This document shows, piece by piece, positions 38,272 to 48,585 of a stretch of DNA of 64,000 nt. This stretch comes from Azoarcus sp. Lineage in GTDB: Bacteria; Pseudomonadota; Gammaproteobacteria; Burkholderiales; Rhodocyclaceae. Made by a program: the position numbers and the translations under genes. Position 1 is the stretch's first letter. Each line of letters opens with the position of its first letter. The notes below the pieces were generated by a model. It was not told the DNA's origin, did not search any database, and was given only the letters and a program-made list of their open reading frames with translations. The DNA lies in the NCBI GenBank assembly GCA_031556475.1, contig JAVBSY010000004.1, positions 380-64,379 of the forward strand, read 5' to 3'.

Positions 38272-39087
38272 ATGGATGTACCGCTTTCTCCTCGCCGCTG
38301 GTTCCCCACGCCGTTGATCCTGGCTGCCTGCGCGACGCATGTGGGTGCCGTGGGTGCGTTGGCTTTATGGCCGCATGTGTGGCCAGTGGCATTGGGTGCC
38401 GTCGCCTTGAGCCATGTCGCCTTGACTGCCGCCGGTTTGTGGCCGCGCAGCCGCCTGCTTGGCCCTAACTGGGTGTGCTTGCCGCAAGCGGCCGCACGGC
38501 GTGGTGAAATCGCCCTCACTATCGACGATGGCCCTGATCCCGACATTACGCCGGCTGTGCTCGATTTGCTCGACGCCGCCGGCGCGCGTGCGACTTTCTT
38601 CTGCATCGGCGAACGTGCCGTAGCTGAACCGGCGCTCGTTGCCGAAATCGTTCGCCGGGGACATGCGGTGGAAAACCATTCGCACCATCACCGCCACCAC
38701 TTTTCTCTGTTTGGCCCGCGTCGCCTAGCCACCGACGTGGCGGCCGCACAGCGTGCGCTTGCCGAACTTGCAGGTAGCGCCCCCCGGTTTTTTCGCCCAC
38801 CGGCCGGATTGCGCAATCCTTTCCTGGAGCCTGTACTGGCGCGGCAGGGTTTGCTGCTGGCGAGCTGGACCCGGCGCGCCTTCGATACCCGTGAAGGCGA
38901 TGCCGCCACCGTGCTGCGGCGCCTCACGCATCGTCTAACCGCCGGCGACATTCTGCTGTTGCATGATGGCCATGCCGCGCGCACCGGAGCTGGGCGGGCG
39001 GTTATCCTCGATGTGCTGCCGGCCTTGCTCGAACACGTGCATAGCGCCGGCCTTCATCCCGTCACCTTGCGCAGCGCCCTGCAATGA
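38272..39087 (+). CDS. Polysaccharide deacetylase family protein
   Basis: ALTIDDGP, ENHSHHH, FFRPPAG, ILLLHDG; N-terminal TM. Confidence 0.88.
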   Translation: MDVPLSPRRWFPTPLILAACATHVGAVGALALWPHVWPVALGAVALSHVALTAAGLWPRSRLLGPNWVCLPQAAARRGEIALTIDDGPDPDITPAVLDLLDAAGARATFFCIGERAVAEPALVAEIVRRGHAVENHSHHHRHHFSLFGPRRLATDVAAAQRALAELAGSAPRFFRPPAGLRNPFLEPVLARQGLLLASWTRRAFDTREGDAATVLRRLTHRLTAGDILLLHDGHAARTGAGRAVILDVLPALLEHVHSAGLHPVTLRSALQ

Positions 39088-39857
39088 CCCGATCCTTCCG
39101 CCGCCGCCTGGTCGACGCCGCCACCGTCCCCTATCGTCCTGCCGGCCACTTCGCCTGGCATTTCGCGCGCGGCAAGCTTGGGCGTGACCCGGTATTCGCC
39201 GGCATCCTCGCTCACGGCCTGCTGCCGCCACAGGCGTCCGTTCTCGATCTCGGCTGCGGTCAAGGGCTGTTGTCGAACTGGTTGACAGCCGCCGCACGCT
39301 TGTATGCCGCTGGCGATTGGCCCGCCGGTTGGCCGCCGCCGCCCGGGCTCGCGTCCTATCGCGGCATCGAGCTGATGCAACGCGACGTGGATCGCGCCCG
39401 TCCGGCGCTGCCGCCCGGCGCGACGGTGGAGCAGGGCGATATCCGCGATACCGTGTTCGGCCGCGTCGATGCGGTGGTGATCCTCGATTCGCTGCATTAC
39501 ATCGACCCCGACGCCCAGCGCGTCGTGCTCGTGCGCGTGCGTAATGCCTTGATGCCACAGGGCACGCTGGTGATGCGCGTTGGCGACGCTGCCGGCGGCC
39601 TGCCGTTCAGGCTCAGCAATTGGGTAGACCGGCTGGTTACTTTCGTACGCGGCCATCGCCTTGGCACCTTGTACTGCCGACCGGCAACTGAATGGCGGGC
39701 GATGCTGGAAGAACTCGGATTTCGCGTCCGCATGCTGCCGATGGATGATGGCACGCCGTTTTCCAACACGATGCTGGTCGGTCGGCTTGACGACGGCGGC
39801 GCGGATTCCGATCTTTCCGCTGAAAGACGAAGCGAATCCGGCAGGCATCCGGGTTAG
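39084..39857 (+). CDS. Class I SAM methyltransferase (pigment cluster)
   Basis: VLDLGCGQG motif I, DSLHYID. Confidence 0.85.
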   Translation: MTRSFRRRLVDAATVPYRPAGHFAWHFARGKLGRDPVFAGILAHGLLPPQASVLDLGCGQGLLSNWLTAAARLYAAGDWPAGWPPPPGLASYRGIELMQRDVDRARPALPPGATVEQGDIRDTVFGRVDAVVILDSLHYIDPDAQRVVLVRVRNALMPQGTLVMRVGDAAGGLPFRLSNWVDRLVTFVRGHRLGTLYCRPATEWRAMLEELGFRVRMLPMDDGTPFSNTMLVGRLDDGGADSDLSAERRSESGRHPG

Positions 39858-39887
39858 AATCCCTTGATATTCCACCGGATTTGCCCG

Positions 39888-41081
39888 TTGAGCCCACTTC
39901 TTCTTTCCCGCTACACCGCGACCAGTTGCCTCGGTGCCGGCTTGACGGCCACCCGCGTAGCGCTCGCCGAATGCCGTGGCGGGCTGGCGCCGTGCGACTT
40001 TGAAACCGCCTGGCTGGAAACCTGGATCGGCCGTGTGCCGGAGGTGGAAGAGGTCGTTCTGCCGTCGTCGCTGGCCGCTTACGATTGCCGTAACAATCGC
40101 CTGGCTTTGCTTGGCTTGCGCCAGGATGGCTTTATCGATGCGGCGGCGGCGGCGATCGCACGTTACGGCGCCCACCGTGTCGGCGTACTGCTCGGTACCA
40201 GTACGTCGGGCATTCTGCAAACCGAACTGGCCTACCGCCAGCGCGATCCGGCAAGCGGTGCGTTGCCGGCTGGTTTCAGTTACCGTGGCACGCACAGCAT
40301 TTACGCACTGGCCGAATTTGTCCGCGCCATGCTCGGTGTTCGCGGTCCGGCCTGGGTAACGTCCACCGCCTGCTCGTCCGGTGCCAAGGTGTTCGCCAGC
40401 GCGGCGCGCCTGATCGAAGCCGGCGTGATCGACGCCGCAGTGGTCGGTGGCGTCGATTCGCTGTGCCTGACCACGCTGTATGGCTTCAATGCGCTCGAAC
40501 TGGCGGCGCCGACGCCGTGCCGGCCTTTCGATATCGAGAGAAACGGCATTTCCATCGGCGAAGCGGCTGCTTTCGCGCTGCTCGAACGTCCCGACGGCGA
40601 TTGCGACGACGATGATGTGCTGCTTGTCGGTGCTGGTGAGTCGAGCGACGCGCACCACATGTCGTCGCCCCATCCGGAAGGGCTGGGTGCGCGTCTGGCG
40701 ATGGCCGAGGCGCTTGCCAGCGCCGGCCTGGAGCCGGAGCAGATCGATTACATCAACCTTCACGGCACGGCCACGCCGAGCAACGATGCCGCCGAGGGGC
40801 TGGCTGTACATGCGTTGTTCGGCCGCGATACGCCAGTCAGCTCGACCAAGGGTGCTACCGGCCACGCATTGGGTGCGGCCGGCGCGCTCGAAGCGGTGTT
40901 CTGCGCTATCGCGCTCGCCGATGGGTTGATTCCAGGCAGTCCCGGCACCGAGCAGCTCGATCCGGCCATCGATCTCCACTACGAATTCACGCCGCGCCAT
41001 GCGCCTTTGCGTCATGTGCTCAGCAATTCGCTCGGTTTCGGCGGCACCAACAGCAGCCTGGTTTTTGCCCGTGCGGGATGA
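39888..41081 (+). CDS. Beta-ketoacyl-ACP synthase (aryl-polyene/xanthomonadin KS)
   Basis: Cys-His-His triad: TACSS, HGTAT, GHALGAAG; SNSLGFGG. TTG start chosen at 39888. Confidence 0.9.
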   Translation: MSPLLLSRYTATSCLGAGLTATRVALAECRGGLAPCDFETAWLETWIGRVPEVEEVVLPSSLAAYDCRNNRLALLGLRQDGFIDAAAAAIARYGAHRVGVLLGTSTSGILQTELAYRQRDPASGALPAGFSYRGTHSIYALAEFVRAMLGVRGPAWVTSTACSSGAKVFASAARLIEAGVIDAAVVGGVDSLCLTTLYGFNALELAAPTPCRPFDIERNGISIGEAAAFALLERPDGDCDDDDVLLVGAGESSDAHHMSSPHPEGLGARLAMAEALASAGLEPEQIDYINLHGTATPSNDAAEGLAVHALFGRDTPVSSTKGATGHALGAAGALEAVFCAIALADGLIPGSPGTEQLDPAIDLHYEFTPRHAPLRHVLSNSLGFGGTNSSLVFARAG

Positions 41082-41091
41082 ACATCGAATC

Positions 41092-41895
41092 ATGACGCTG
41101 ACTCATCCTCTTTCCGCTTGTATTGCCGGCATCGGCGTCATCGGCCCTGGTTTCGACGATTGGGCGGGTGCCCGTGACGTCCTTGCCGGTACCGTGCCGT
41201 TCGTGTCCACCGCTCCCCGCATCCCTGTGCCGATGCTGCTGCCGAGCGTCGAGCGCCGCCGTGTCGGCGCGGTCGTGAAGCTCGCGCTGGGCGTGGGGAT
41301 GCAAGCCGTCGAGGCGGCCGGTGCGGATGCTGCGCAATTGGTGACCGTGTTCGCTTCCTCGGGCGGTGACGGTGACAACTGCCATGCCATTTGCGAATCC
41401 CTGGCGGGCGATGACCGGCTGCTTTCGCCGACTCGCTTCCATAACTCGGTCAATAACGCTGCTTCCGGCTATTGGAGCATCGCCACCGGCGCGCATGCGG
41501 CGTCGACCATCGTTTCGGCCTACGACGGCAGCTTTGCCGCCGGCTTGCTCGAAGCACTGTCTCAACTGCGCGCGAGTGGTGCGCCGGTATTGCTGGTGGC
41601 CTACGAGCATCCCTATCCGGCACCGCTGGCGGCGACGCGTCCGATGGCCGAGGCTTTCGCCACCGCACTGTTGCTGGCGCCGGAGAACGACGCAAACAGA
41701 CCGCGCATCGCCCTGGCCGGTTTTACCGCAAGCGCGGCCGATACGTTGCCGGATCCGAACCTTGAGAGACTGCGCCTGGGGATTCCCGCCGCTCGCAGCC
41801 TGCCGCTGCTGGCGCGGATCGCGCGTTGCGAAGCGGCGACCACGGTGATCGAATATCTCGACGGTTCGAACATGGCGGTTGATCTGACGCCGTGA
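41092..41895 (+). CDS. KS chain-length factor
   Basis: KS-like fold without the catalytic Cys; SPTRFHNSVNN motif; directly follows the KS. Confidence 0.85.
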   Translation: MTLTHPLSACIAGIGVIGPGFDDWAGARDVLAGTVPFVSTAPRIPVPMLLPSVERRRVGAVVKLALGVGMQAVEAAGADAAQLVTVFASSGGDGDNCHAICESLAGDDRLLSPTRFHNSVNNAASGYWSIATGAHAASTIVSAYDGSFAAGLLEALSQLRASGAPVLLVAYEHPYPAPLAATRPMAEAFATALLLAPENDANRPRIALAGFTASAADTLPDPNLERLRLGIPAARSLPLLARIARCEAATTVIEYLDGSNMAVDLTP

Positions 41896-42356
41896 GCGAC
41901 GCCGTGCTCGATCGTGCGTGGATCGCCGCGCATATTCCGCATCAGGGCAACATGTGTCTGCTCGATGCGGTGGAATCCTGGAGTGCGGAACGCATTTGCT
42001 GTCGCAGCGCCACACACCGCGACCCGGCCAACCCCCTGCGTGCCGGTGGCCGCCTCGGCGCACTTACCGGTATCGAATACGCCGCGCAAGCGATGGCGAT
42101 ACACGGCGCACTTGCCAGCGGTGGTACGCCGGCAGGCGTCGGCATGCTCGGCAGCGCGCGCGGTGTCGAATGCCTGGTGGCGCGGTTGGACGATATTGCC
42201 ACCGATCTGCTGGTCGACGCTGAATGCCTGTCCGCCGACGAACGCGCCCTTCTCTATGCCTTCACCGTATCCGCAGCCGGGCGGCCGTTGCTGCGTGGAC
42301 GGGCGTCGGTCGTGCTCGGCGCGCTTCCCATTCCCTCCACTGATTCACGATCATGA
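41892..42356 (+). CDS. Hotdog-fold 3-hydroxyacyl-ACP dehydratase
   Basis: IPHQGNMCLLD, IEYAAQAMAIH. Confidence 0.85.
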   Translation: MSDAVLDRAWIAAHIPHQGNMCLLDAVESWSAERICCRSATHRDPANPLRAGGRLGALTGIEYAAQAMAIHGALASGGTPAGVGMLGSARGVECLVARLDDIATDLLVDAECLSADERALLYAFTVSAAGRPLLRGRASVVLGALPIPSTDSRS

Positions 42357-43075
42357 GTAAACGCGCTTTGGTCACGGGTGGCAGCGGCGGTATCGGCCGC
42401 GCGATCTGCCTGCGGCTTGCTGCCGATGGTTACGACGTGTTGGTGCACGCCAATCGCAATCTGGCCGCCGCAGAAGAGGTTGCTGGCGCGATTCGTTCCA
42501 CTGGCGGCACGGCCCAGGCCGTTGCTTTCGATGTGACCGATGCCGCCGCCACCGCAGCCGCTCTAGACGTGGCGCTGGCCGGCGGCGCGGTGCAGGTGTT
42601 GGTGAACAACGCCGGCATTCATGACGATGCTGTGTTCCCTGGCATGTCGGCGGCACAGTGGCATGGGGTGATCGACGTCAGCCTGCACGGTTTTTTCAAC
42701 GTCACGCAACCGCTGACGCTGCCGATGATCCGCACGCGCTGGGGGCGCATCATCAACATCACCTCGGTGGCCGCGCTCGCCGGCAATCGTGGCCAGGTCA
42801 ATTACGCCGCGGCCAAGGGTGCGTTGCACGCGGCAACCAAATCGCTGGCCCTGGAACTGGCGAGCCGCGGCATCACGGTCAACGCCGTCGCCCCCGGCAT
42901 CATCGATACGGCAATGAGCGAAAACGCCTTCGATGCCGACGCCATCGCCCGGTTGGTGCCGATGAAGCGTGCCGGTACGGCGGAGGAAGTGGCCGATCTG
43001 GTTGCCTTTCTTGCCTCGCCGGGTGCGGCCTACATTACCGGGCAAATCATTTCCATCAACGGCGGTTTGATCTGA
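42353..43075 (+). CDS. fabG: 3-oxoacyl-ACP reductase
   Basis: TGGSGGIG, NNAG, YAAAK, NAVAPG. Confidence 0.9.
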   Translation: MSKRALVTGGSGGIGRAICLRLAADGYDVLVHANRNLAAAEEVAGAIRSTGGTAQAVAFDVTDAAATAAALDVALAGGAVQVLVNNAGIHDDAVFPGMSAAQWHGVIDVSLHGFFNVTQPLTLPMIRTRWGRIINITSVAALAGNRGQVNYAAAKGALHAATKSLALELASRGITVNAVAPGIIDTAMSENAFDADAIARLVPMKRAGTAEEVADLVAFLASPGAAYITGQIISINGGLI

Positions 43076-43102
43076 AAAAACAGTTTCGAGGAGAAAAGCG
43101 CA

Positions 43103-44410
43103 ATGAGTGACGCCGCCAGTTCGCTACATGCGGCCAGTGTTCATCGCAGCGAGGCGCTGCTGTTTTTCACCCTGTTGCAATTGGCGATCATCATTCTCGC
43201 CGCCCGTGCTGGCGGAGCCATTTCCGCGCGCATGGGGCAATCGCCGGCGGTGGGCGAAATCGTCACCGGCATTTTGCTCGGTCCTTCGCTGTTCGGCTGG
43301 CTGGCGCCGGGGCTGTTCGATCTTGTGTTTCGCAGCGCGCCCGGCGAACCGATGCAGATTCTGTCGCAGATCGGTTTGCTGCTGCTGATGTTCCAGATCG
43401 GTCTGGAATTCGATTTTGGCCACCTCACGGAGCGTAAGCACCGCCGTACCGTGCTGTGGGTGGCGAGCGCCGGATTGGCGCTGCCTTTCGCTCTCGGTCT
43501 CGGCTTCGGCGTATTCTCCGCGCCGCTGCTGGCGCCGCCCGGTGTGGAGCCGATGGCGGCGGGGCTGTTCATTGCCACCGCGTTTTCGATTACCGCGTTG
43601 CCGATTCTCGGCCGCATCATGATCGAGTTCCAGCTCACCCGTACCGCCATCGGCGTCATCGCCATCAGTGCGGCGGCGCTCAACGACGTCATCGGCTGGC
43701 TGCTTCTGGCCTTGGTATCGACGCTGGCGGTGTCGCATTTCGAGCCGCTCGCGTTCGCCGTCAAGGTGGCGCTGGTGTTCGCCTTTTTCGTCTTCAGTTG
43801 GTTTGTGGTGCGGCCATTGGCCAAGCGTGTGGTACAGCGTGCCCAGCCGGGCCGTGGGCGTTTTTCACCCAATCTGATGGGTGCTGTGCTGGCGTTGGTG
43901 TTCCTTGCCGGCATGACGACCTATCAACTCGGTATCTTCGCCATCTTTGGCGGTTTTCTGATGGGCGTGATCCTGCACGACGAGCACGGTTTGCGCGAGG
44001 CCTGGAGTACCCGTGTCGGTTACTTCGTCACGGTGTTCTTCCTGCCGATCTTTTTCACCTACACGGGTTTGCGTACCGACATCGGCAGTCTCGATTCGCT
44101 TGCCGATTGGGGGTGGTGCGCGTTGGTCATTGTGTTGGCCACCGTCGGTAAATTCGGCGGTTCGTATTTTGCCGCGCGCCGTTGCGGCCTGGCGCGCCAT
44201 GAGGCCAGCCTGCTCGGGATCATGATGAACACCCGCGCGCTGATGGAGCTGATCGTCATCAACGTCGGCTACGACCTGGGGGTGATTTCACGCCAAATGT
44301 TCACCATGCTGGTCATCATGGCGATTGTCAGCACCGTCGTTACCGCGCCTTGCCTGCGTCGCTGGCTGCCGAAAATCGGCCATACACTTCCTAACGCAGT
44401 GCGCGAATAA
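43103..44410 (+). CDS. Cation:proton antiporter (CPA2/Kef-like, no TrkA domain)
   Basis: About 12 TM; FSITALPIL, DVIGW, MNTRALMEL motifs. Confidence 0.88.
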   Translation: MSDAASSLHAASVHRSEALLFFTLLQLAIIILAARAGGAISARMGQSPAVGEIVTGILLGPSLFGWLAPGLFDLVFRSAPGEPMQILSQIGLLLLMFQIGLEFDFGHLTERKHRRTVLWVASAGLALPFALGLGFGVFSAPLLAPPGVEPMAAGLFIATAFSITALPILGRIMIEFQLTRTAIGVIAISAAALNDVIGWLLLALVSTLAVSHFEPLAFAVKVALVFAFFVFSWFVVRPLAKRVVQRAQPGRGRFSPNLMGAVLALVFLAGMTTYQLGIFAIFGGFLMGVILHDEHGLREAWSTRVGYFVTVFFLPIFFTYTGLRTDIGSLDSLADWGWCALVIVLATVGKFGGSYFAARRCGLARHEASLLGIMMNTRALMELIVINVGYDLGVISRQMFTMLVIMAIVSTVVTAPCLRRWLPKIGHTLPNAVRE

Positions 44411-44473
44411 CGCGGCTCCGCAGCGTGTTATCGTAAGCGTGTCGTAGCGTTTCCGGCATGTCCGCGTTTTTCG

Positions 44474-46165
44474 GTGAATCTCAAGATCCGTTTCCTGATT
44501 CTGGCCGCGGCCCTGATGGTCGTCTCTTCGGTGACGACATGGTTGGTTTTTCGCCATATCGCCCAGGGCGTCATCGAGCAGTGGGGCGTGCGTCTGGCGG
44601 AAAAACAGGCGCTCTACGACAAGTCGCGCCTGCTTCAGCCGTTGATGCGCGAAATCGCGCTGGTCAGCCAACTGGCGAATTCACCGCAAGTCAAGCACTG
44701 GGCGCGCAATTCGGGTGATGAAGCGTCGAAGCGCGACGCCATCGCCGAAATGGAAAGCTTTCGCCCCAATTTCCAGGAAGGCAACTATTTTGTCGCGTTC
44801 CTGGATTCCGGTGCCTACTACTTCAACAACGCCGACAACGAATTCGCCGGGCGCCAACTGCGCTACCACCTGAACCCGGACAAGGCGAAGGACCGCTGGT
44901 TTTACCAACTCGTCGGCGAGAAAATCGACACTCATGTCAACGTCAATCCAGATCAGCATCTGGGTATCACCAAGCTGTGGATCGATGTATTGATCCGCGA
45001 TGGCGACAGGGTTCTCGGCGTTGTCGGCACCGGCCTGAATCTGGACATTTTCATGCGCAATGTGGCCGACTCCGAGCAGCCGGGCGTTCTTTCCATGTTC
45101 CTGAAGCGCGACGGCACCATTCAGTTCTCACACGAATCGCGCCATATCGACTTCGCCCGCATTAAACCCGCCGAGGAGCGCGAAACGCTGGATTCGCTGC
45201 TGAAACAGCCCGCCGAGCGCGATGCCTTGAAGCGCTCGATGCAGGAACTCGCGGATGGCGACGGCAAGCGCGTTGCCAGCCATTTCGTCCATATCGGTGG
45301 TAAACGTTATCTTGCCGGTGTTGCGTATATACCGGAGATCGAGTGGTACGAGCTGACTTTGCTTGATCTGAGGGCGCTCATGCCGCTAGGCGGCTTCAGC
45401 GGCATCGCGTTTGCGTTTCTCGCCATGCTGCTGGTGTCGCTGATGTTGTTCCATGTCGTGCTCAGCCGTCTTGTGATTACTCCCCTGGGTGCCCTGGAAA
45501 AAGCCATGACGCGGGTGCGCGACAACGATTTTTCCGGCTATTCCCTGCCGGTCGGGCATGGTGAAATTCGCCGGCTCATCGCCCATTTCGACGCCATGGC
45601 CGCAGCCATCCGTACCACCACCCATACCCTCGAAGCCAAGGTGCGGGAACGTACCGAAGAACTCAACCAGCTCGCCTGTCTCGACCCGCTTACCAAGTTG
45701 CTCAACCGCCGTGGTATGCACCAGCGGATCAAGCATGCGATCCACCGTATCGAACGCGAAGGCGGCCAGTTCGGTTTGTTGTGGGTCGATATCGATACGT
45801 TCAAGGGCATCAACGACCGTTTCGGCCATGCCGTCGGCGATCAGGCGCTGGTGGATGTAGCCACGCTGCTGCAACGCAATCTTCGCCCCTACGACAGCGC
45901 GGCCCGTTGGGGTGGCGACGAATTTCTCGTTCTGCTGCTGCCTTGCGATGCCGATACGCTACCCGGACTGGGCGAGCGCATCCGTGCCGGTGTCGAGGCC
46001 AAAGTCTGGCTTCCCGGCGGCAGCAACGCGACTGTCAGTGTTGGTGCCTATCTGGCTTCCACTGGTGAATCGATGGAAAGCATCCTGCGCCGTGCGGATG
46101 AAGCGCTCTACGCTGCCAAAGCCGCCGGGCGGAACTGTCTGCGTATCGCGCCGCCACCGGATTGA
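44474..46165 (+). CDS. Sensor diguanylate cyclase (periplasmic Cache-like, HAMP, GGDEF)
   Basis: Two TM, DPLTKLLNRR, intact RWGGDEF. Confidence 0.9.
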   Translation: MNLKIRFLILAAALMVVSSVTTWLVFRHIAQGVIEQWGVRLAEKQALYDKSRLLQPLMREIALVSQLANSPQVKHWARNSGDEASKRDAIAEMESFRPNFQEGNYFVAFLDSGAYYFNNADNEFAGRQLRYHLNPDKAKDRWFYQLVGEKIDTHVNVNPDQHLGITKLWIDVLIRDGDRVLGVVGTGLNLDIFMRNVADSEQPGVLSMFLKRDGTIQFSHESRHIDFARIKPAEERETLDSLLKQPAERDALKRSMQELADGDGKRVASHFVHIGGKRYLAGVAYIPEIEWYELTLLDLRALMPLGGFSGIAFAFLAMLLVSLMLFHVVLSRLVITPLGALEKAMTRVRDNDFSGYSLPVGHGEIRRLIAHFDAMAAAIRTTTHTLEAKVRERTEELNQLACLDPLTKLLNRRGMHQRIKHAIHRIEREGGQFGLLWVDIDTFKGINDRFGHAVGDQALVDVATLLQRNLRPYDSAARWGGDEFLVLLLPCDADTLPGLGERIRAGVEAKVWLPGGSNATVSVGAYLASTGESMESILRRADEALYAAKAAGRNCLRIAPPPD

Positions 46166-46166
46166 T

Positions 46167-46964
46167 TCAAGTCCGCAGCCGACGCCACAGCAACAACGGC
46201 AGGCGCAGCAAAAAACCGAAAAACAGCCGGCTGTGCATCCAGGTGAGCAGCGTGTTGTCGCGCCAATAGCGGAAGTGGGAGACGCCGCCCTCGTCGGTGC
46301 GGAAATATTTTACCGGGGCGTCCAGATTGATCGGCGGCACGCCGCGCCAAGCCAGCCGCACGGCGGCCTCGGGGTCGAAGTCGAAACGGCGCATCCAGCG
46401 CTGGGTACGCATCACCGCACGCAGCGGTTCGATCGGATAAACGCGAAAACCATACAGCGAATCGTCGATGCCGGCCCACAGGGTTTCCAGGTTGGCCCAG
46501 GCGTTCGATACCTTGCGCCCGCGCACACGCAGGAGCGGTGCGCTGGCGTCGAACACCGGGCGGCCGAGGATCATTGCTTGCGGGTGGGCGGCGGATTCGG
46601 CCATGAAGCGTGGAATCAGCGTGGCAGGGTGCTGGCCGTCGGAATCCATCGTCAGTACATGAGTGAAACCGGCTTGTGCCGCTTCGTCCAGACCGTGCAG
46701 CACGGCCGCGCCCTTGCCGCCGTTTTTCTCCAGCACGAAGACGCGCAGGCCGTCGTCGCACACAGCCAGGTCACGCAGTTGTTCCGCGCTGCCGTCGGTA
46801 CTGCCGTCGACCACGACCCACACCGGGTTCCACTGAGCGCAGGCGGCGGCAATGGTGTCGAGAACCCTGGCGCCGGGGTTGTAGCTGGGAATCAGCACCA
46901 GGTGCGTGGTTGAGGCTCGGGTGGAAGACGGCGGAAGAGTCATGACTGGGGTGGTGGCGTCCAT
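46167..46964 (-). CDS. Glycosyltransferase family 2
   Basis: LIPSYN, VVDGSTDGS, NGGKGAA, MDSDGQH. Confidence 0.88.
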   Translation of the reverse strand: MDATTPVMTLPPSSTRASTTHLVLIPSYNPGARVLDTIAAACAQWNPVWVVVDGSTDGSAEQLRDLAVCDDGLRVFVLEKNGGKGAAVLHGLDEAAQAGFTHVLTMDSDGQHPATLIPRFMAESAAHPQAMILGRPVFDASAPLLRVRGRKVSNAWANLETLWAGIDDSLYGFRVYPIEPLRAVMRTQRWMRRFDFDPEAAVRLAWRGVPPINLDAPVKYFRTDEGGVSHFRYWRDNTLLTWMHSRLFFGFLLRLPLLLWRRLRT

Positions 46965-47701
46965 TCCGCGCGGGCGAGCTCAGTGGAGAAATAGGCCTCG
47001 AGCTCAGCGATGAAGCCGGCAGTGTTTTTCGCCGGTTCGAACCTGCGGCCAAGACGGACACGGTAACGGATCGGCATGGGCGGGCAGCGGAACAGCGGCC
47101 AACCCTTGGTCAGGTAGGCGGAGTCGGTTTCGATGATCAAGGTTTGCACGGGCACCCGTGCGCGGCGCGAGATCAGCGCCACGCTGGGCAGCAGGGGATT
47201 GAGTGGCTGGCGCACGGTGCGCGTGCCTTCGGGAAAGAGCAACAATTGGCCGCCGCGCTTGAGGTCGTCGCAAGCCGCCATCACCATCGTCAATGGTTGG
47301 GCGTTGGGAATATAGCGCGCCAAGCGGGCGCCAGCGCCGAGAAAGAGGTTTTTCATCAACGTGGCTTTCATCACGCAGGCGACGTTGGGCAGGCGTGAGA
47401 CGACCATGACGGCGTCGAGCAGGCAGGGGTGGTTGGGTGCCAACACCAAGGGGCCTGCGTCGCGTAGTGCGTCCAGTTCGGACAGGTCGAAGCGGCAGGC
47501 GCCGAGCAAGGACAACAATTGGAGATAGAAGCGGAACACACCGGTGATGACGTGCCGACCGAGCGGGCGGCCGGTTTGCGCGGGAAGAATCACGTTCAGC
47601 ACGACGGCGAAAGGCAGCCATGCGAGGCATAACAGGCCCAGGCTGCCAAGCCCTGCGTAAAGGCAGAAACCAGCGTAAATCCGGGGGAACTGGCGTGCCA
47701 T
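46940..47701 (-). CDS. Lysophospholipid acyltransferase family protein
   Basis: NHPCLLD (HX4D) and FPEGTR. Confidence 0.88.
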   Translation of the reverse strand: MARQFPRIYAGFCLYAGLGSLGLLCLAWLPFAVVLNVILPAQTGRPLGRHVITGVFRFYLQLLSLLGACRFDLSELDALRDAGPLVLAPNHPCLLDAVMVVSRLPNVACVMKATLMKNLFLGAGARLARYIPNAQPLTMVMAACDDLKRGGQLLLFPEGTRTVRQPLNPLLPSVALISRRARVPVQTLIIETDSAYLTKGWPLFRCPPMPIRYRVRLGRRFEPAKNTAGFIAELEAYFSTELARAEWTPPPQS

Positions 47702-47748
47702 GATAAGGGAGGGGCAAAAAGAGAGAATGTATGGAAGTGCGTGCGGGA

Positions 47749-48585
47749 TCAGCGGTCGTCCTGAACGCGCTCGGACGATTCGCCGATGATCCAGGATATG
47801 GCGACGCCGGCGGCCCAGGCGTGATCGCTGCGCACCAACGGGCTGTCGTCGAAGACGGCGCCGCGCAAGGTGTCGTAACGGACGAAGGAGCCGACCCAGT
47901 AGCGTTCGAAACGTTTGGACAGCGCGGCGATGAACTGCGTGCCGCCATAACCGCCCGATGCTTTGTAGGTTTGGCGTTCAGGCGTGGCATAGCGGGGATC
48001 GACGCTGTAGAAGTAGTCGTGCTGGCGGCGGTTGCCGAAAACCGGGCCGACGAGGGTGCCGAGATTCCAGCCGGTATGGCCGAAGGGGTCTTCCACGTCG
48101 ATGTTGAAGAACGGCGTAAACACCACGCCGACAGGCCGTACCGGCCCGACGACGGTGTAGGCGACGCGTACCGGCAGGCGCAGGTCGAACTTGGCGCGGC
48201 GGTCGTGCGAGCGCCACATGGTGAAATCCAGCGAGGGGCCGACTTCGATTGTCGGCTTGATGTCCGGCATGCCGCGGCGGGCGTCGTTGCCGTCGCTATC
48301 GACGGGAATCGATGCGGCCAGGCTGAGGTTCAGCTCGACGTTTTCATTCTCGAAGAAAACGCCGCGCACGCCGTCGCGGTCGGCCTTGAGGAATTCGCCG
48401 CGGTAAACGAAATAAGGCACGGGAAAGGCGTGGACGCTTTGTTCATCCGAACCGCGATAGTCGGGAAAGGAAACGACGCCGATACCGGCCCCCACTTCCC
48501 ACAACGGCTTTTCTTCCGCCTGTGTGGCGGTGACGACGGTACTGAGTATGACGGCCGCCACTACGGCAGCGAAACGGCGGATCAT
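47749..48585 (-). CDS. MipA/OmpV-family outer membrane protein
   Basis: Signal peptide, PDYRGSD, alternating beta pattern. Confidence 0.8.
   Translation of the reverse strand: MIRRFAAVVAAVILSTVVTATQAEEKPLWEVGAGIGVVSFPDYRGSDEQSVHAFPVPYFVYRGEFLKADRDGVRGVFFENENVELNLSLAASIPVDSDGNDARRGMPDIKPTIEVGPSLDFTMWRSHDRRAKFDLRLPVRVAYTVVGPVRPVGVVFTPFFNIDVEDPFGHTGWNLGTLVGPVFGNRRQHDYFYSVDPRYATPERQTYKASGGYGGTQFIAALSKRFERYWVGSFVRYDTLRGAVFDDSPLVRSDHAWAAGVAISWIIGESSERVQDDR

Noticed and set aside
39054-41093. 679-aa - strand ORF
   Set aside because: Antisense to the methyltransferase and KS genes.
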